A stretch of 64,000 nt of DNA from Anolis carolinensis (lineage: Eukaryota). Shown piece by piece: positions 1-14,033 of this stretch (positions are counted from its first letter, which is position 1; every line of letters begins with the position of its first letter). The notes below the pieces were generated by a model. It searched no databases. It worked only from the letters and a program-made list of their open reading frames with translations, and was not told where the DNA came from. The position numbers and the translations under genes are program-made. The stretch spans positions 118,123,036 through 118,187,035 of the forward strand of contig NC_085842.1 in assembly GCF_035594765.1 (NCBI RefSeq), written 5' to 3'.

Positions 1-2750
1 TGAGGAATGAGTTTGCATGTAATATTTTTAATATTGTATGAATCGGATCTCTGTTCAACACAATTGAACAGGGAAACCAGTTTATTTTAAGTCTGTTGTG
101 CAGGGTAACAAATAATGTAAACAAATTCTTATTTGCGGTGCATATGTGAACATATATGGATGCATTATAAAATATTGTCTTCAGATTACTTTCATCAAGA
201 AACAATGCAAGATGACATGGGAAAAATGTTTGATGATCATGAACTGAAATGAAAAATAGGACCACTATTTTAAATCTTTCTCATCACCTATTGGGGATGT
301 TTTGGCTGAAGATCCTGCACTGAGGAGCAGGTTGAGCGAATAAGTCCCCTTCTTACTCCATGATTCTGTCAGTTTTTCCTGCTTACCTTTATCTATTTTG
401 CACCAAAAATACTGAATTTCAAAAATATAAGCATATGGAATTGAGTACAGCAAAGGAGGAACTTCTCCTATGTTTTCAAGGCATTCTGCTTTGGAAGCAA
501 AGGTTTGAGTTCTGAAGGTCTGGGATGATGATGGTAGTGATGTGCTGCTGCTATTGGTGATGTTGACACGTGAGGTATATTATGATAGAAAATGATCATG
601 ACCAAGGAGATCTTCTCTTCATGATGTCCTAATACCCTGGCTGTTTTGTTATATCACTTATATCTCTCTTTACATGTATTCAACTTTGTGTGAGAGAAAT
701 CATTTTACTGGCAGTTATCAGCAACCCAGACCAAGTCAAGCATCTCAAGACCTTGTTGGCAAAAATAGTTGGATATTTTAACATTCAGAAACATTTAAAT
801 CATGTGAACCGTACTGTTCAATTTACCACAATTTACTGGAGTGTGAAAATGTCACTGTGACAAGCTGATGAAATAATTGAACTTCACGGTGGTCATTTTT
901 AAATGTCACTTTTAAAGCAATGCATTTCCTCAAAGTCTGTGATGAGGTACTCTGAATAGCTAAAGAGGTAGTACATGGACATTTGCATAAGGGTGGACCA
1001 GAAATGGGAAATGCATGGCCTTCCAGCGGTTATTGAGCTAAAATTCTCTGCAGCTGTAATTCGCAAAGCCAACTCTGAAGTATTTCAGAATTTGCTGTTC
1101 AACATGTAGAGGGCCACACTTACCACCTGTGCTCTACATTGTGCTGGACACCATCATCCCCATCAACATGACCAATGGTCAGGAATTATTGGAATTGTAG
1201 CCTAACATCTGGAGGTTCCCTAACTGACACTTATACTGAATGATATTCAGTGTTGTCTAAGCAAATGCTAGCACAGTGGATCTTTCCTTTCTTCCACCCT
1301 GCAACCCCATCACACTCCCATTTCTTCAGAAGTCTTGGAGTACCTACTCATTGGAGACTATATGCTTTATCCTCTACTATAAAGGCAGTAACTGTAAAAC
1401 ACCATGCAGTTGGGATTGCTGTGTTTTCTTAGGAATGTTCAGATTTGTTTTGAGATTACAGAGAATTTAGCACTAAAATCTTATCACTACCTCCTCCAAC
1501 ATTATCCCTGTCTCTTTTCTGAAAAATGTTGAGGATGGAGGGAGAGAGGAGAGAGCACAAGTGAATAACCTCCTGTTTGAACATGATACAAATCAAATAC
1601 TTATTGGGGCCCCTCAAAGGAGGAGTCTCTTCACCTCACCTCTTTCCTGTCCATGTTTTGCCATCATGATGTTGTAAAGGAAGGTCAGGCATTATCCCTA
1701 CACAGAAGGGGATAAGCAGAAAGTCAAAGTAAAGAACTATAATTTTTCTTGTGTTTTTTTCCATCTCAATCCTACACATTTCAGACCTACAGCAGCACTG
1801 GGAAGGGGGGGGGGGGTGAGGGAGGGAGGGAGAATGAGGTAATACCAAGTCATGGTGTTTTACCGTTGTAGCAACGGAGACTCTGGAAATAATCTCCCCA
1901 CACAATGCACATGCCCACTGACCACCCAGAATTGATGAAATAACAATCAACTTTCATATAGGAAATTATATTCTGATAGAACCAAGAAAGGGGATCAACA
2001 CTGGATTTTGCATGTTAAGTTAAAAAAATCACCTTTAAAAGGGTCTTCCATGGGACAACAGCAAAAGAGTGGCAAGGTCATGCAGTAGGCTGCAATGGAA
2101 GGTGCTATCCAGATATAAATGTGATTTACTTGCCTCATGCAAAAAGGCGCTGTATCTTCTAGAACTACAGTGTGCATCAGGAAACTTGCATGAGCGGTGC
2201 AAGATTCTGCTCTCTGGCTTCACTGATTTAAATAAAATAGCAATCATTGGTACATTCTCTCCAGTCATGTTACCCATTTTTGTCAAGATTTCAGTGTGCA
2301 GCAAGGTTTAATCCCTTCTTCCTCTGCCATGTTCCCAATTATCATCCATCTCCCCATGTGATATTACTACTGGAAGGAAAGCTTCCATTGACAACCAAGG
2401 ATTGCTTTGCTTTTAGATTTAGCAGCAGATGTGGGTTAGAGGGTGATTTTTTTTTGCCAGAACTGTGATGGGAAGAAAAATATCTGCGTTCCCTCCCCAC
2501 ATCTCCATGGTACAACTTAAAACCACTTTTTCTGTACCTGTTATTAATTTAAAAACCTTGATATGACTCCCAGTGACAAGCTTAGTGTCACATCTAGTTT
2601 GGACCTCCAATTATGTAGATATACAACTGGAGAAGTGTACTCTGAGAAAATATCAGATATGACCAGTCAATGCTGACAAATCACTGAATTGCTATGGCAG
2701 CAGTAATCAGCATGCAAAGCCAGAATGACCTTGCAATGTTATATAGGTTA

Positions 2751-3900
2751 CTAGCTGTGCTCGGCCACGCGTTGCTGTGGCTTAGTCTGGTGGTGTTGGT
2801 CAGTCTACATTAGGTTGTATTTATGCTGTGACCTCCACCTTCGTTATACTCACATTAGTAGTAGTATTTGAAGTCTGTTACCTTCAATTTTTGTGTTGAT
2901 TGATAATTGCTTGAGATCCCTGTTGTCTTTGGTTTCTTGTTAGTTGTAATGTCTGATTCTGCTGAGTGCGGTTTATATTTTTATTGTGGTACAATAGTCT
3001 TTTTTTTGTTTTGCCTGTATAGGTGTTTATTATTGTTGTTGTTGTTGTGGTCATGAAGGTTGGATAAGTTAGATGCTACTGTATTGTTTTTTGGAGGCCC
3101 AGTGTAGCACTGACTGGCCTCTCAGCCTCAGTGCCTGGCTGTTTCTTGCCTGTGATGGTGTTGATTCTTATTGTTGTTGTTGTTGTCATTGTTATTATTG
3201 TAATTGTTTTTTTGGAAGCCAAGTGTGAATGTAGGGATTGGGGAGGTGGATGAGTTGTGTTGTCAAATTTTGTATTTGTTATAGTCACAATGCGTTGTTG
3301 TGAGTTTTGTGGGTCCGGATTGTGGTTTTGTGGTGTGGTTGTGTTGTTACAACTGAGAGGCAAGGCTTTTGTGTTGTGTTGCCAAGTTTTGTATTTCTGG
3401 GGCGTTTAGTTGTGTGCCAAGTTTTGTATTTCTGGGGCGTTTAGTTGTGTTGTTATAGTCACGATGCACTGTTGTGAGTTTTGTGGGTCCAGTGTGGTTT
3501 TGTGGTGTGGTTGTGTTGTTACAACTGGGAGGCAAGGCTTTTGCGTTGTCAAATTTTGTATTTCTGGGGCCTTTAGTTGTGTTATAGTCACGATGCGTTG
3601 TTGTGAGTTTTGTGGGTCCTGTGTGGTTTTGTGGTGTGGTTGTGTTGTTACAACTGGGAGGCAAGGCTTTTGCATTGTGTTGCCAAATTTTGTATTTCTG
3701 GGGCGTTTAGTCGTGTTGTTATCGCATGATGCGTTGTTGTGAGTTTTGTGGGTCTGGATTGTGGTTTTGTGGTGTGGTTGTGTTGTTGTAACCTGGAGGC
3801 AAGCCTTTTGCATTGTGTTGCCAAGTTTCGTATTTCTGGGATGTTTAGTTTTGTTGTTATAGTCACTGCGCCCGCAACTTTATCCTTTTATATATATAGA
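2751..3900 (-). mobile_element. Non-autonomous Helitron with internal tandem array
   Basis: Minus strand starts A|TC (3901/3900), ends CTAG|T (2751/2750), subterminal hairpin gccacgcgttgctgtggc 2764-2781, no TSD. Confidence 0.88.
3255..3866. repeat. Tandem array of about 130-bp GT-rich units (4-5 copies)
   Basis: ttgtgagttttgtgggtc recurs near 3298, 3472, 3601, 3737. Confidence 0.9.
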
Positions 3901-3907
3901 TGTTGTA

Positions 3908-4885
3908 CAGATGGACCCCGCACATTCATGGGTTTGGCATCCACAGATTTTATTATTCATGAGTTTGTCATCAGCCCCTCCCCCCTCCTGCCCTGATGAA
4001 GAGGTGTGAACATCAGAGATCACCATGGTTGTCACCAACCTTCTCCTGAGACTTGATACTGTTGTGTGAATGGGCACACAGTAGACTCATGCTTCAGGTG
4101 GACAGAGCAGCAGTAATCAGCCACGTCAACCATCTCCCAAACCCAGCTGTTGTATGAGGTTTGGGAAGTGATTGATAAGGGACATTACTGCTGCTCTTTC
4201 TTCCCAAGGACCCATTCAGATGTATCAGCTGCTTTTTGGGCTTTGGGAATTGGTTGATAAAAGCCATCACTGCTGCTCTGCTCATTCCAGTCAAGTGTGT
4301 CAGGTTTTGGGCAGCGGGACATCAGCAGTCGCCCTCACCAGCTGCTGCACAGCAGCCAGCTTCAGGCAGCTACATCCTGAGATGAGAGGCTGCTATATCA
4401 ATGTGAACACAAAATTCACATAGCAGCCTATGCTTTGGGAAAGATTAGTGGCTGCTACCTTTTATCATCTCTTTCCTCTGAGATGTGGGACTGAAGTATG
4501 AATGTGTGTTCACATGGCACCCCAAGCTTTGGGAGTGTGGTGGTGGCGGCGGCTGAAATTGTCCCCTCCTCCTTCCTTTCAAAGCATGTGTGGTTTCAAG
4601 CTTCAGGGAAGAAGGTGATTGCTCTCCCTTTCCCATTCCTCCCAAAGCATGTGGCCGTCATATAAAAGTGCATGACAACACTAGGGTTTGGAGGTGATAA
4701 CTGTGGGATCTGGCTTCGAGGGACAGATTCTTCACCCCCCACCCCCTTTGGGGAAGCTCCCACATAAACCTGCTTGCTCCACAAATCTGAGGAGCCCTGC
4801 AGGAAGCCTTTCCCCACCTCCACAATCTTCCCACTTCCATGGGGTTCCTGCACCTCTAACCCCTGTGAATGTGTAGAGCCAACTG
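3908..4885. mobile_element. Old pogo/Tigger-like non-autonomous DNA transposon
   Basis: TA|cagatggaccccgcacattcatggg ... ccctgtgaatgtgtagagccaactg|TA, imperfect TIRs with TA TSD. Confidence 0.6.
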
Positions 4886-7791
4886 TAATTTATGTTTTGA
4901 CATTGTAGTATATCACATTATGTGGTGACTGAGTAATGAAGTGTATATAAGCTGAGTGAGAGGAGAAGAATGTTGGTTACATTTGCACAGGGGTGGTAAT
5001 GGGAGGAAAGAAGGCGGTGTTGTATAATAAAGATGTAGTGAGAGTGCTTCCGGGCAATGGAGCAAGGATGGGTGGTATGTAAATCAGTCCTTGCCCAGAA
5101 GGGGGTATAAAGAAGAGATGACGTTTCAGGGTAGTGAAAATGACATTTTTTAAAGGGCTAATAGTATTAGCCTCTACATACACACTCCATGTGTATATAC
5201 AGCCTGCAGCACCCTGGGACCTCTAGCTAGGGAGGTTCTGGGAGCATATGTTCAAATTGCTTCACTGACTTGCTGAAAATTGAAACTGTGAGAGAGTGAA
5301 TTGTGAACTGCATTACGATTAGTTATTTTGTAGTTACCAAGATTAAAGGTCTCTAAACACATAAAACTGTGTTTTATAAACTTGTTTATAAATTTGCAGA
5401 TTTGTTTAATGTAATTAGCACCTCTTTGCCATTATACCAATATTCTAGCAGGGTTAGAGACTAACATCTCACATCATAACCATACACAGAATTTGGAGGA
5501 AAACATCTAACTAAGAATCATAGAGGCAGTATTGAAAAAAGGTAAGGATTTTCAAGTGGAATCACCATAGGTGGATGGTTAAGAAATGTGAGTATCAAAA
5601 TATCAGAAAACTTATGCCCTTGGTCCATATACTCCAGCTGTTCTGATTTGTCAGGGAAAGGCACAATTCATCCCCTGTTTGCATTCAGTTAACTCAGTAG
5701 AAATATTCTGTGTACCATTCCACTGTGTTTTTAAACACTTCATCAACTGAATTTTATATACATACTAATTAACATATCATATTTTTTTGCTTTTCTGTAG
5801 AAAATTTTACTTAAAGGAAATCCCACCAATACCAAAGTAGAAACTATCATACAGCTAAAGACCAACATCCTAAAACGAAGTATAAAATATCAAAGTCAAA
5901 ATAAAGCAGCTATGACCAAAATTGTTTAGACTACTAGTAAACACCCTTCTGAAAAAGAAAAAAGGGAAGGGGGGAAAGGGAGCTCTGTGCAGTGCTGACA
6001 GGAAAAACACAATCCGTTCTTTAGAAACAGGAATATTATAGAGTAGAAAACATGGTGCAAGGGAAATTCAGCACAACGGGAATAGGCTTAAAGAACTCCC
6101 ATGTGAATGACAGCATATTGAGAGGTTGACAGCACCATGGAGATGTGCCAGTCTTTCCAAATCTTCTAGGGTCGTCTTAGGGATAGTTGGAGGAATAGCC
6201 CAAGGGATTACATGACATAAAGGGAGTTGTTGGGATAGTTTCAAATACTGAGGAGGGAAGGGTGAAAGGAAAAGCAATCTAACTTGGCTCTCTGAAAATT
6301 GAGAGCTATGCCATTACGAAATTGGCTGAAAAGCTTGGCTGGCTGCTACTGTATGAAGTCTTCATTTCCTCCAGCCCTCAAACATGATTATAAAGTTGTG
6401 AAAATTTAATAAACATGAATTAAACATGAAACCTACCTCATCTGCTGGTACAATTTGTACTCCTTCCCAATCAAATCTGTTTTGATTTGGGGCAATTATG
6501 GTGCAAAAATGTGCAATTACCAAATGCTCAGAAATCAGTCCCAGGGGATAGCTTATGTCCCCACCTGTCAGCCCTGGCAACATGAGTGCAGGCCATTTAT
6601 ATTTTTGGGGGAGTGTTTTAAAAAGCCAAACCTGCTGGTTCATGGCAGGCATAAAGATCCACATTGTGCTTGCTAATAAAAACGAATGAAGCTATTTAAG
6701 AAGTGTTGTCACTGGAACATGTGGGGGGCTGCCAATTAGTAAACAGGTGGAGAAGTGCATTGGACTTGGAGGTGGCAGCAGGCCAAAGCTGAAATATACT
6801 TTTTGGGGCCCACCCTTTCTGCCCCTCACATTATTTGCTCACTTTGTATAGATGTTTGTTTCCTCCCCTGCCCAGCTTGCCCTCCTCTTGGGCCTGGCTA
6901 TTTCCTTTCCCCTGAGCAGGACATTCACTACATTCATCCAGCAATCTCCACAGCTGACTGGCTGCCAGAGCCAATGTTTGTTGCTGTGGCTACGCTTTGC
7001 AGTTAAAGGGAGTACTGAGCAGGCGGGCTCATCTGACTCTCTGGGACTCTCATGCAGCATGTAACTGCAGTAAACAGCATAGGGAGAGGATGGCAACAGC
7101 AAATGAAAAGTGCCGGGCCGGGCCTTCGGCTAGCACATAACTGAGAAGGCTGATCCTTTCAGCCCACGTAAGGCTGTGTCACTACTGCAAGTGAAAAACA
7201 GTGGGTTGTTCATTAACTCTCTCAAAGGTACCTTCACCAGAAGCACCAGAATCAGCTTGAACAAGTCAGAATTCCCTGGCTAATTAGCAGGTAAGAATTA
7301 ATGAGCAAGAAACAGAAGTGCTTGGCAGCAATGGTCTTGCTGACAATGGAGTTATTTTCCATCCCAAGCAAAGCCAAGACCTTGGAAATGTGTGGGGTTA
7401 GCAAAATCTACAGGGTAGAAGCCATGAATCAGGGAGTGCTGTCTCTTCCGGCTTGGAGGAGAGGAAAGGTTGCATAACCACATTCCAGGTCTTGCCTGTT
7501 ATACTATCCCTAGGAGGAAATGGGCAGGTGCTTTTCACAGGAGATGGTAAGGGGTGTGTGTGTGTGTGTGTGTGTGTGTGGAATGGGCTTTTCCCACAGG
7601 CATTGGAAGTTGTATAGTCCCACAAGAATTGTGCTACCTGTCTTCTCAATTAAACCCCCAAATTATGAATTATTATCTGTGGCTCCATTGAGATATACAC
7701 CCAGCACATATTGAAATTTTCCTAGTGTGCTAGTAACCTTTCGCAAATTTCCCTTGGAATATTTTAGAGTGTTTCCCACCAAATCTTAGGA

Positions 7792-7925
7792 CAGTGATTC
7801 TCAAATTGTGGGTGCCCAGATGTTTTGGCCTTCAACTCCCAGAAATCCTAAACCTGGTAAACAGGCTGGGATTTCTGGGACTTGTAGGCCAAAACACCTG
7901 GGGACCCACAGATTGAGAACCACTG
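7792..7925. mobile_element. Palindromic hAT-type MITE
   Basis: cagtgattctcaa...ttgagaaccactg TIRs; 8-bp TSD tcttagga/ccttagga. Confidence 0.85.
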
Positions 7926-10900
7926 CCTTAGGACCTTAGGGAATGGCTTCATAATTATCATAATCCTCTCACAATAGCCTGGAATAATTCCAGGATACAT
8001 AATAGGTTTTCTCACGAAGGTTTCCCACCTTTATCTGATTTTATCTAAAATTTTATCCTGGAGATGTTGCCTCATTCCACCCAGATGCACCCAGTTTCTG
8101 GGAAGGACTCACAAACAAAGGCTTGAAATCCACAAATGACAATGTATTAAATTTCCTGCCTACCTCTGATTGGCTCAGAGGCATAAGCGGACTCGCAACT
8201 GCTCCAGTGGTGCTGTGGATCCTAGCCAGCACCATCCAGGATCAATTAGGAACTGGCACAGCAATTTCCAATTGTTCGATACTGCTCTACCTTTCTGTCA
8301 AATGGTACTATAAATAAACCCATGTGTTTTCAGTTGAAGGTATGTCAGTTTTTTTGGAGTGCTTTCTCCGCTGACATCCTCTCTGGCCATTGAGAATGAT
8401 TTTGCCTTCAACTCATCTGTGTCTTATTCAGCCTTATGGGAATCTAGACACTACAGGCCCCAGAATCCATAGTTCTTATGGAGGCTGAAATCACATAACA
8501 TGTAGACAGGCCAGGAATTTTATAGATATCATGGAAGAATACCTAACTTATAGCCATTCTTCCATGCTGGAAAGGTTTTGTATTAAATCCTATTTTTTTG
8601 TCAGCTCCCAATGTTGACTGGAGATGTTAATGTCTAGATATCACAGTTTGGCTCTGATGTATCTGGAGGACCAGTGTCTTTCCTAAAGTAACAGTTCAGT
8701 GGGAAAAGTAGTAATAATGCACTCCATTCACATTTCTCTCCCAACTTCAATTGTACAATTGTCAAAGTTAAGCTTTTTCAAATCACCTAAAAGTCTTTGG
8801 CCAAACAATCGGTCAGTTTATTCAAATCAATACATGTAATCTAGTCCCTTGCATCTTTTTGTCCCTAGCCTTTTGAACACTTGCTGTGTAACAGTGATGC
8901 AGGTATGGTAAAAACTATGAATTGAATAATTCTGTTTGTATCCAACAGAATTACGGATTCTTTGTCAGTCATGATTCTAAACATAACATGTCCTCTTGTT
9001 TCCCTGGCCTTTAGTCCACAAATAGCCCCACTTCCTTTCAGTATCTTGCATTCTTCTGTCAAATTTTAAGTTTTGATTCAGTCCTATAGTCTCCTTAGCT
9101 CCTTTATCTTCATGCCCTGCCACTTGCATGTAGGACACGTCTTTTATATTTGTTTCTTTACTAAGCTGTTTAATCTGAGCCACCCCTCCCCACCCCCCAA
9201 AAATATGGAAAACAAAGCAATTGCCAAATAAAACAGAAAACCAAAACAACATCAATACAACAACAATAAAAACTAATCCCAGAATTAAAACACATATTTA
9301 AAAACTGAGGACCTCATCACATTGAAGCCAAGAAGTGTCTTCTCCCCGCTTCCCCCGGAGCCCATCATATGATGCAGGGCTACTTCTGGCGGGGCTCCCT
9401 GCCTGCAGTGTAGAGAAATAACGCTCAGAGGAATGGGTATACACCCAACTCCTCATACAAGAAAGCTGGAGGAGGAGTAGAAGCGGGGAGCAGTAGTGAA
9501 ATGTTGTGAGAAGGGATACCATGACTCTGATGACCCCTGAAAGGTAGGGAATGCAAAGTGACGCTGCCCTATGATTTCCCCCACTGTCCCCTGGCTTTGT
9601 AAGGGCCATCTGATGAGATCCAAAGAGAGCCTGAGTAAGTACTTTATTTGAACTGCCTAGCTGAAGACAAAGGTCTTTGCCTGATTTTTCAAAGATCATA
9701 ATATCTGGAAAGGCTGTTCCATGACTAGGATGCCACTATCAAAAAGTCTCTCTTTAATGACAGTTCTTTTCATCTGACCATCCTCTAATGGTAATCCTGG
9801 ATGAGATAGTAGTTCTTGATAATATTTTTGACAACGTGACTAGTTGGAACATTTTGTCAGCATCTCTATTTCATTTTGAAAAAAATTATTACACAGAATT
9901 CAGGAAATAAACCATCAGACTTCAGTTCTTCCAATTTTCTACCAGCAGGAAGGAAATAGGACAAAGGGAGGAGGTATGTTTCTTGCAATAAATGTTTTCC
10001 ACTCTCTCTTTTTTCTGTTAGAAAATAGCAGATATTCTAAAATCAACTTCTCTATGCTCCAGAAATGTCTTTCATGTGGAGGCCTACTGCAAACTTTGCA
10101 GAGTTGATCGGCTCCCTAGGAACATAGAGGTTAACACCTTTAAAGTACAAATCCTTTCACATTTTGGTCAGTGAATCAGTGTGGTATAGTGGTTAGACTG
10201 GGATTTTGAAGATCCGAATCCTCTGCATTTTCCAGATCTTGGGGCCTGGCCCCTTTTGCTGATTTTCAGGTCAGAGGAGGGATCCCAGACCAATTAAAAA
10301 TAATTGTGCTGCTATCCCTTTTTGCTCTAAGCTGCTTCCGAGTTACTGCTTTGGACTCGCCAGGTAATCTGCTTGGCATTTCCTTCCCTTCCCAAAGTCT
10401 CTCGGTCCTTGCCAGGCACAAGTGCTCAGTGGGAAGAAACAATTAGCATGAGAAGATACTGGAATGCTGAATATGTTACTGTAGGACTGTGGCTCTGTGG
10501 CTTTCCCTATTTTATTCTCAACTGTCCTATTTCTGCTCCCATTTTAGCATTCACTCTGAATGGTTGAAACGACAATACAATTGTCTTTCTTGTTTTGACA
10601 CACAAGTGCATCGCTGTTAGCAAAAGCATGGTAGAAATATCTTGCTTGTTTTCCTTTTCCTCCCACACACAGCTCTTGGTTAAGTATTTTCTCCTTCTGT
10701 ACTCCTTCACCCATAATTCCTGGCTAAAGATCTTTTTCCTTTCTCTCGCCTCTTCACATCTCCTAGAAGTGATGATCTTCTATCTCCTTCCATAATCCTC
10801 TTCTCTTGTATCTTCTTTCTTTTCTTTCTAATTCTCCTAGCTTCATTTGTTCCTGTTAGCCAACCAAGCTGTGCTTCCTTGACCTCATTGAGAATATGCT

Positions 10901-11666
10901 ATATATACCTCTTGTAAAAGTTGACCTCATGTATGAATCACAGGTAGGTTTTGGGGTCATTTCATGGAGAGAGGAAAGCATCAATGCTGTCCTTGGCATT
11001 TTACCACTGAGGCATTCAAAAAAGGCAGACGCGGGGCCATAGTGAAGTGAGGAGAGGGGGTCAGTGCTTCTTTTAGATTCTTACAAGATGGACAAAGCTC
11101 TTTCATCACTAGTACTCAGAGAAGATGGTTCTTTTAAAAAAGAAAAACACTACAGTACTCAAATTGACCTGTGGGTAAGTTGACTGAGGTCTTTTGGGTT
11201 GATTTTTTTGGCTAAAATTCCACAACTTATACATACTCATGGGTAACTTCAGAAATTTTTGTTAAAAAAATCAAGTTATATAAGGTAAATGTTAACAACA
11301 ACAACAACAACAGTTATATATATATATATATATATAAATTCATTGGTGTTTTAATATAATCTTTTCAGTATTATAAATTCTTGTGGGGTTTTTTTTTATT
11401 TATCTCTTGTCATGAGCATCCTTTAGTCATAGCTTTGGGGGAAAGACAGATATAACTCAAATTAAACATAAATGCATATATCACTCCTGCACAGCTGTTC
11501 AGTGACAAAAGACACAAACAAAGCAGCGTTGGTATCATTAGAAATTTTCTCAGATTACCAAGTTAGTTTTATATATGTAAATATGTTTATTCTTATCAGT
11601 CTATAAAGGAGGGGAGACATTCCAATAGTGTTTTCCAGAAATTCAACCTTGTTCTCTGTAGCTATA

Positions 11667-12155
11667 ATTTATTTATTTATTTTATTTATTTACAGTATTT
11701 ATATTCCGCCCTTCTCACCCCGAAGGGGACTCAGGGCGGATCACATTATAACACACATAGGGCAAACATTCAATGCCCATAAACACATCAAACAGAGACT
11801 GAGAGACACACGCAGAGGCAAGTTAACCATCTTCTGAGGGGATGTTCGATTCTGGCCACAGGGGGGAGCAGCTGCTTCATCATCCACACTGACGGCACTT
11901 CCTCATTCCAGGTCGTAAATTAGTTAATCTTGCCTCCCCACTTTATAAGTGGTACCTTATCTCCTACTTGATAGATGCAACTATCTTTCGGGTTGCTAGG
12001 TCAGCAACGAGCAGGGGCTATTTTTTTTATTTTTAATTGACGGGTGCTCACCCCGCCACGGGCTGGCCTCGAACTCATGACCTCATGGTCAGAGTGATTT
12101 AAGGCAGCTGCTCAACAGCTGCGCCACAGCCCGGCCCCCCCACAGCCCGGCCCCC
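11667..12155 (-). mobile_element. tRNA-derived SINE with L2-type 3' tail
   Basis: Minus strand A box tggcgcagctg, B box gagttcgaggcc, 3' ccgccctgagtccccttcgggg...(TAAA)n; 16-nt duplication at the 5' end. Confidence 0.82.
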
Positions 12156-14033
12156 AATGAAACCTCTGGATCAGTTTGAAGGCAGAGTGGTTGAAATCAT
12201 CATTGCACAAATATTCATGTGACTTGGGGTGGGGATTGGAACAGAATCAGAGTGCTAGAATATTCCTGGGACCCATTCACACTATACTATTACAGCCCTG
12301 TGATTCCACTTGAACTTCCCAGGCAGCATCCTATAAAAATGTTGTAATTGGCAGTTGAGGGAGAGGCTTCTCAAATCCTTAGCCAGCCTCTGGTGCCTCT
12401 GAGCAAACTACACAACCCAGGATGCTATGGGATCCACAGCAGTTAAAACGGAATTATACCACCTCATCAGACAGGCTGATTTGCCCATCATACTCCACTT
12501 GCTCTCTGCTTTCGACACAGAGCCCTTTACATGCTGCATAGGGACTTCTGGCCAGGCTCCGTTCTGAACGGGGAGAGCAAGCAGTGTACACCTGTGTTGC
12601 TTCAGGAGCAATGGGAGGCTGCTGTGTGGTGATGCTTCCCCCCATGGGATCGGGGTCCAGGTAAATTGGGCAATGAGGGGCATGGAGCAATGGGTTCTCA
12701 ACACACACACCCATTAGGACCCCATGGATTCACCACTGAATCCATGTACATTGCCCTATATCCCAGGATCTGATCCCAGATTATTTGCATAACCCAGATT
12801 ATCATTTTATCCCAGATTATCCCAGTTCAAATCAGGTAATCTGGAATTCAGATCCTGGGCTATAGTGCAGTGTATATCCAACCTGCATTTGTCTTTTCTG
12901 CAGTTGCTTTTTTAAAGCCTCTAAAACATCCACAAACCAAACTCAACACAAATAGAATAAACAACACCATATCTGGTGCTGAAATATTCTCATACAAAGG
13001 TGGCCCAGTAGGAGTCAAAATCTCTGGGGAAATGAGCATGGTAAAGGTGCCAACCTCCTACTTTTTGCCTCTCTGTTACATTAATAAACAGTTTTAAATT
13101 ATTCAAGTAAATGATGCTTCTGTAAAAGAGCCCTCTGTAGTTTCCCCATTTAGATTCTAAAAGATTTTAAAATGTTTTTGCAGCCATTGGCCTGCAGTGA
13201 ATACAATTGATCATCATCAGCAATCAGTTAAAAATAACCTCACACTATGGATATACAACAGAATCTGGCACAGTTTTTGAGATATAATGCTATGATGTAA
13301 GGACATGATTGTGTGCTGCATGGCGAAAGGCAGACCATCTCCTTTAGCATTTCTTTTTTTATATAGGTTATTTTCATTTAAATAAGTGCAGTTGGGTGAA
13401 ACAGAAGTTAGTGCTGAATAAGAAGTATGTATGTTGCTCATTTTTATATGATATCCAGAAATCTTTTCTCAAGGCAGAATTTCGACTGAAGGGATGCTGA
13501 TTTCCCCGCTGCATACAAAGTGAACATGTAGTAAGTGGAAAACATTGTTTTCTTCCACCCACATTTCCAAGCAGTGAGGAGCTCCATGGTTGCAATGCAT
13601 ATCTTATTTCACTTTCTTCTGGAAAGAGGCTTATTAGCATTTTGTAGCAGTTGTACATGTTTATTTACCATTACTGCCTAAAGATGTTTTGCTGCCTCAG
13701 TTGGTGCAGGAAATGGTAGCCCCTACTCACTCAGACCAAAAAACATAGTTCAGTAAAGATATTTTAAATGATTCCAGAAACTCCACAGGCACATATCTCA
13801 GCCTCTTACAGTATAATGCAATAGTACCAAGTGAAATAACTAAGAGTTTGCTTAGAATCATTTCCTCACTGTAACTAATAGAAAAGCATGCCCTGTTATC
13901 TGTAAGTACTGTATACAGGTTGAGCGCAGCTGCAGATGTAGATTATATTGTCAAATTAACTTTTTTCTTAACTGCCATCAAGTCAACTTTGCTTTTTGGC
14001 AATCCCAAGAATGAGAGATCCTTTGGCCCATTC

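Noticed and set aside
3076-3866. T/N/Q/H-rich repetitive ORFs on both strands
   Set aside because: Translations of the Helitron tandem array; no domain or splice support
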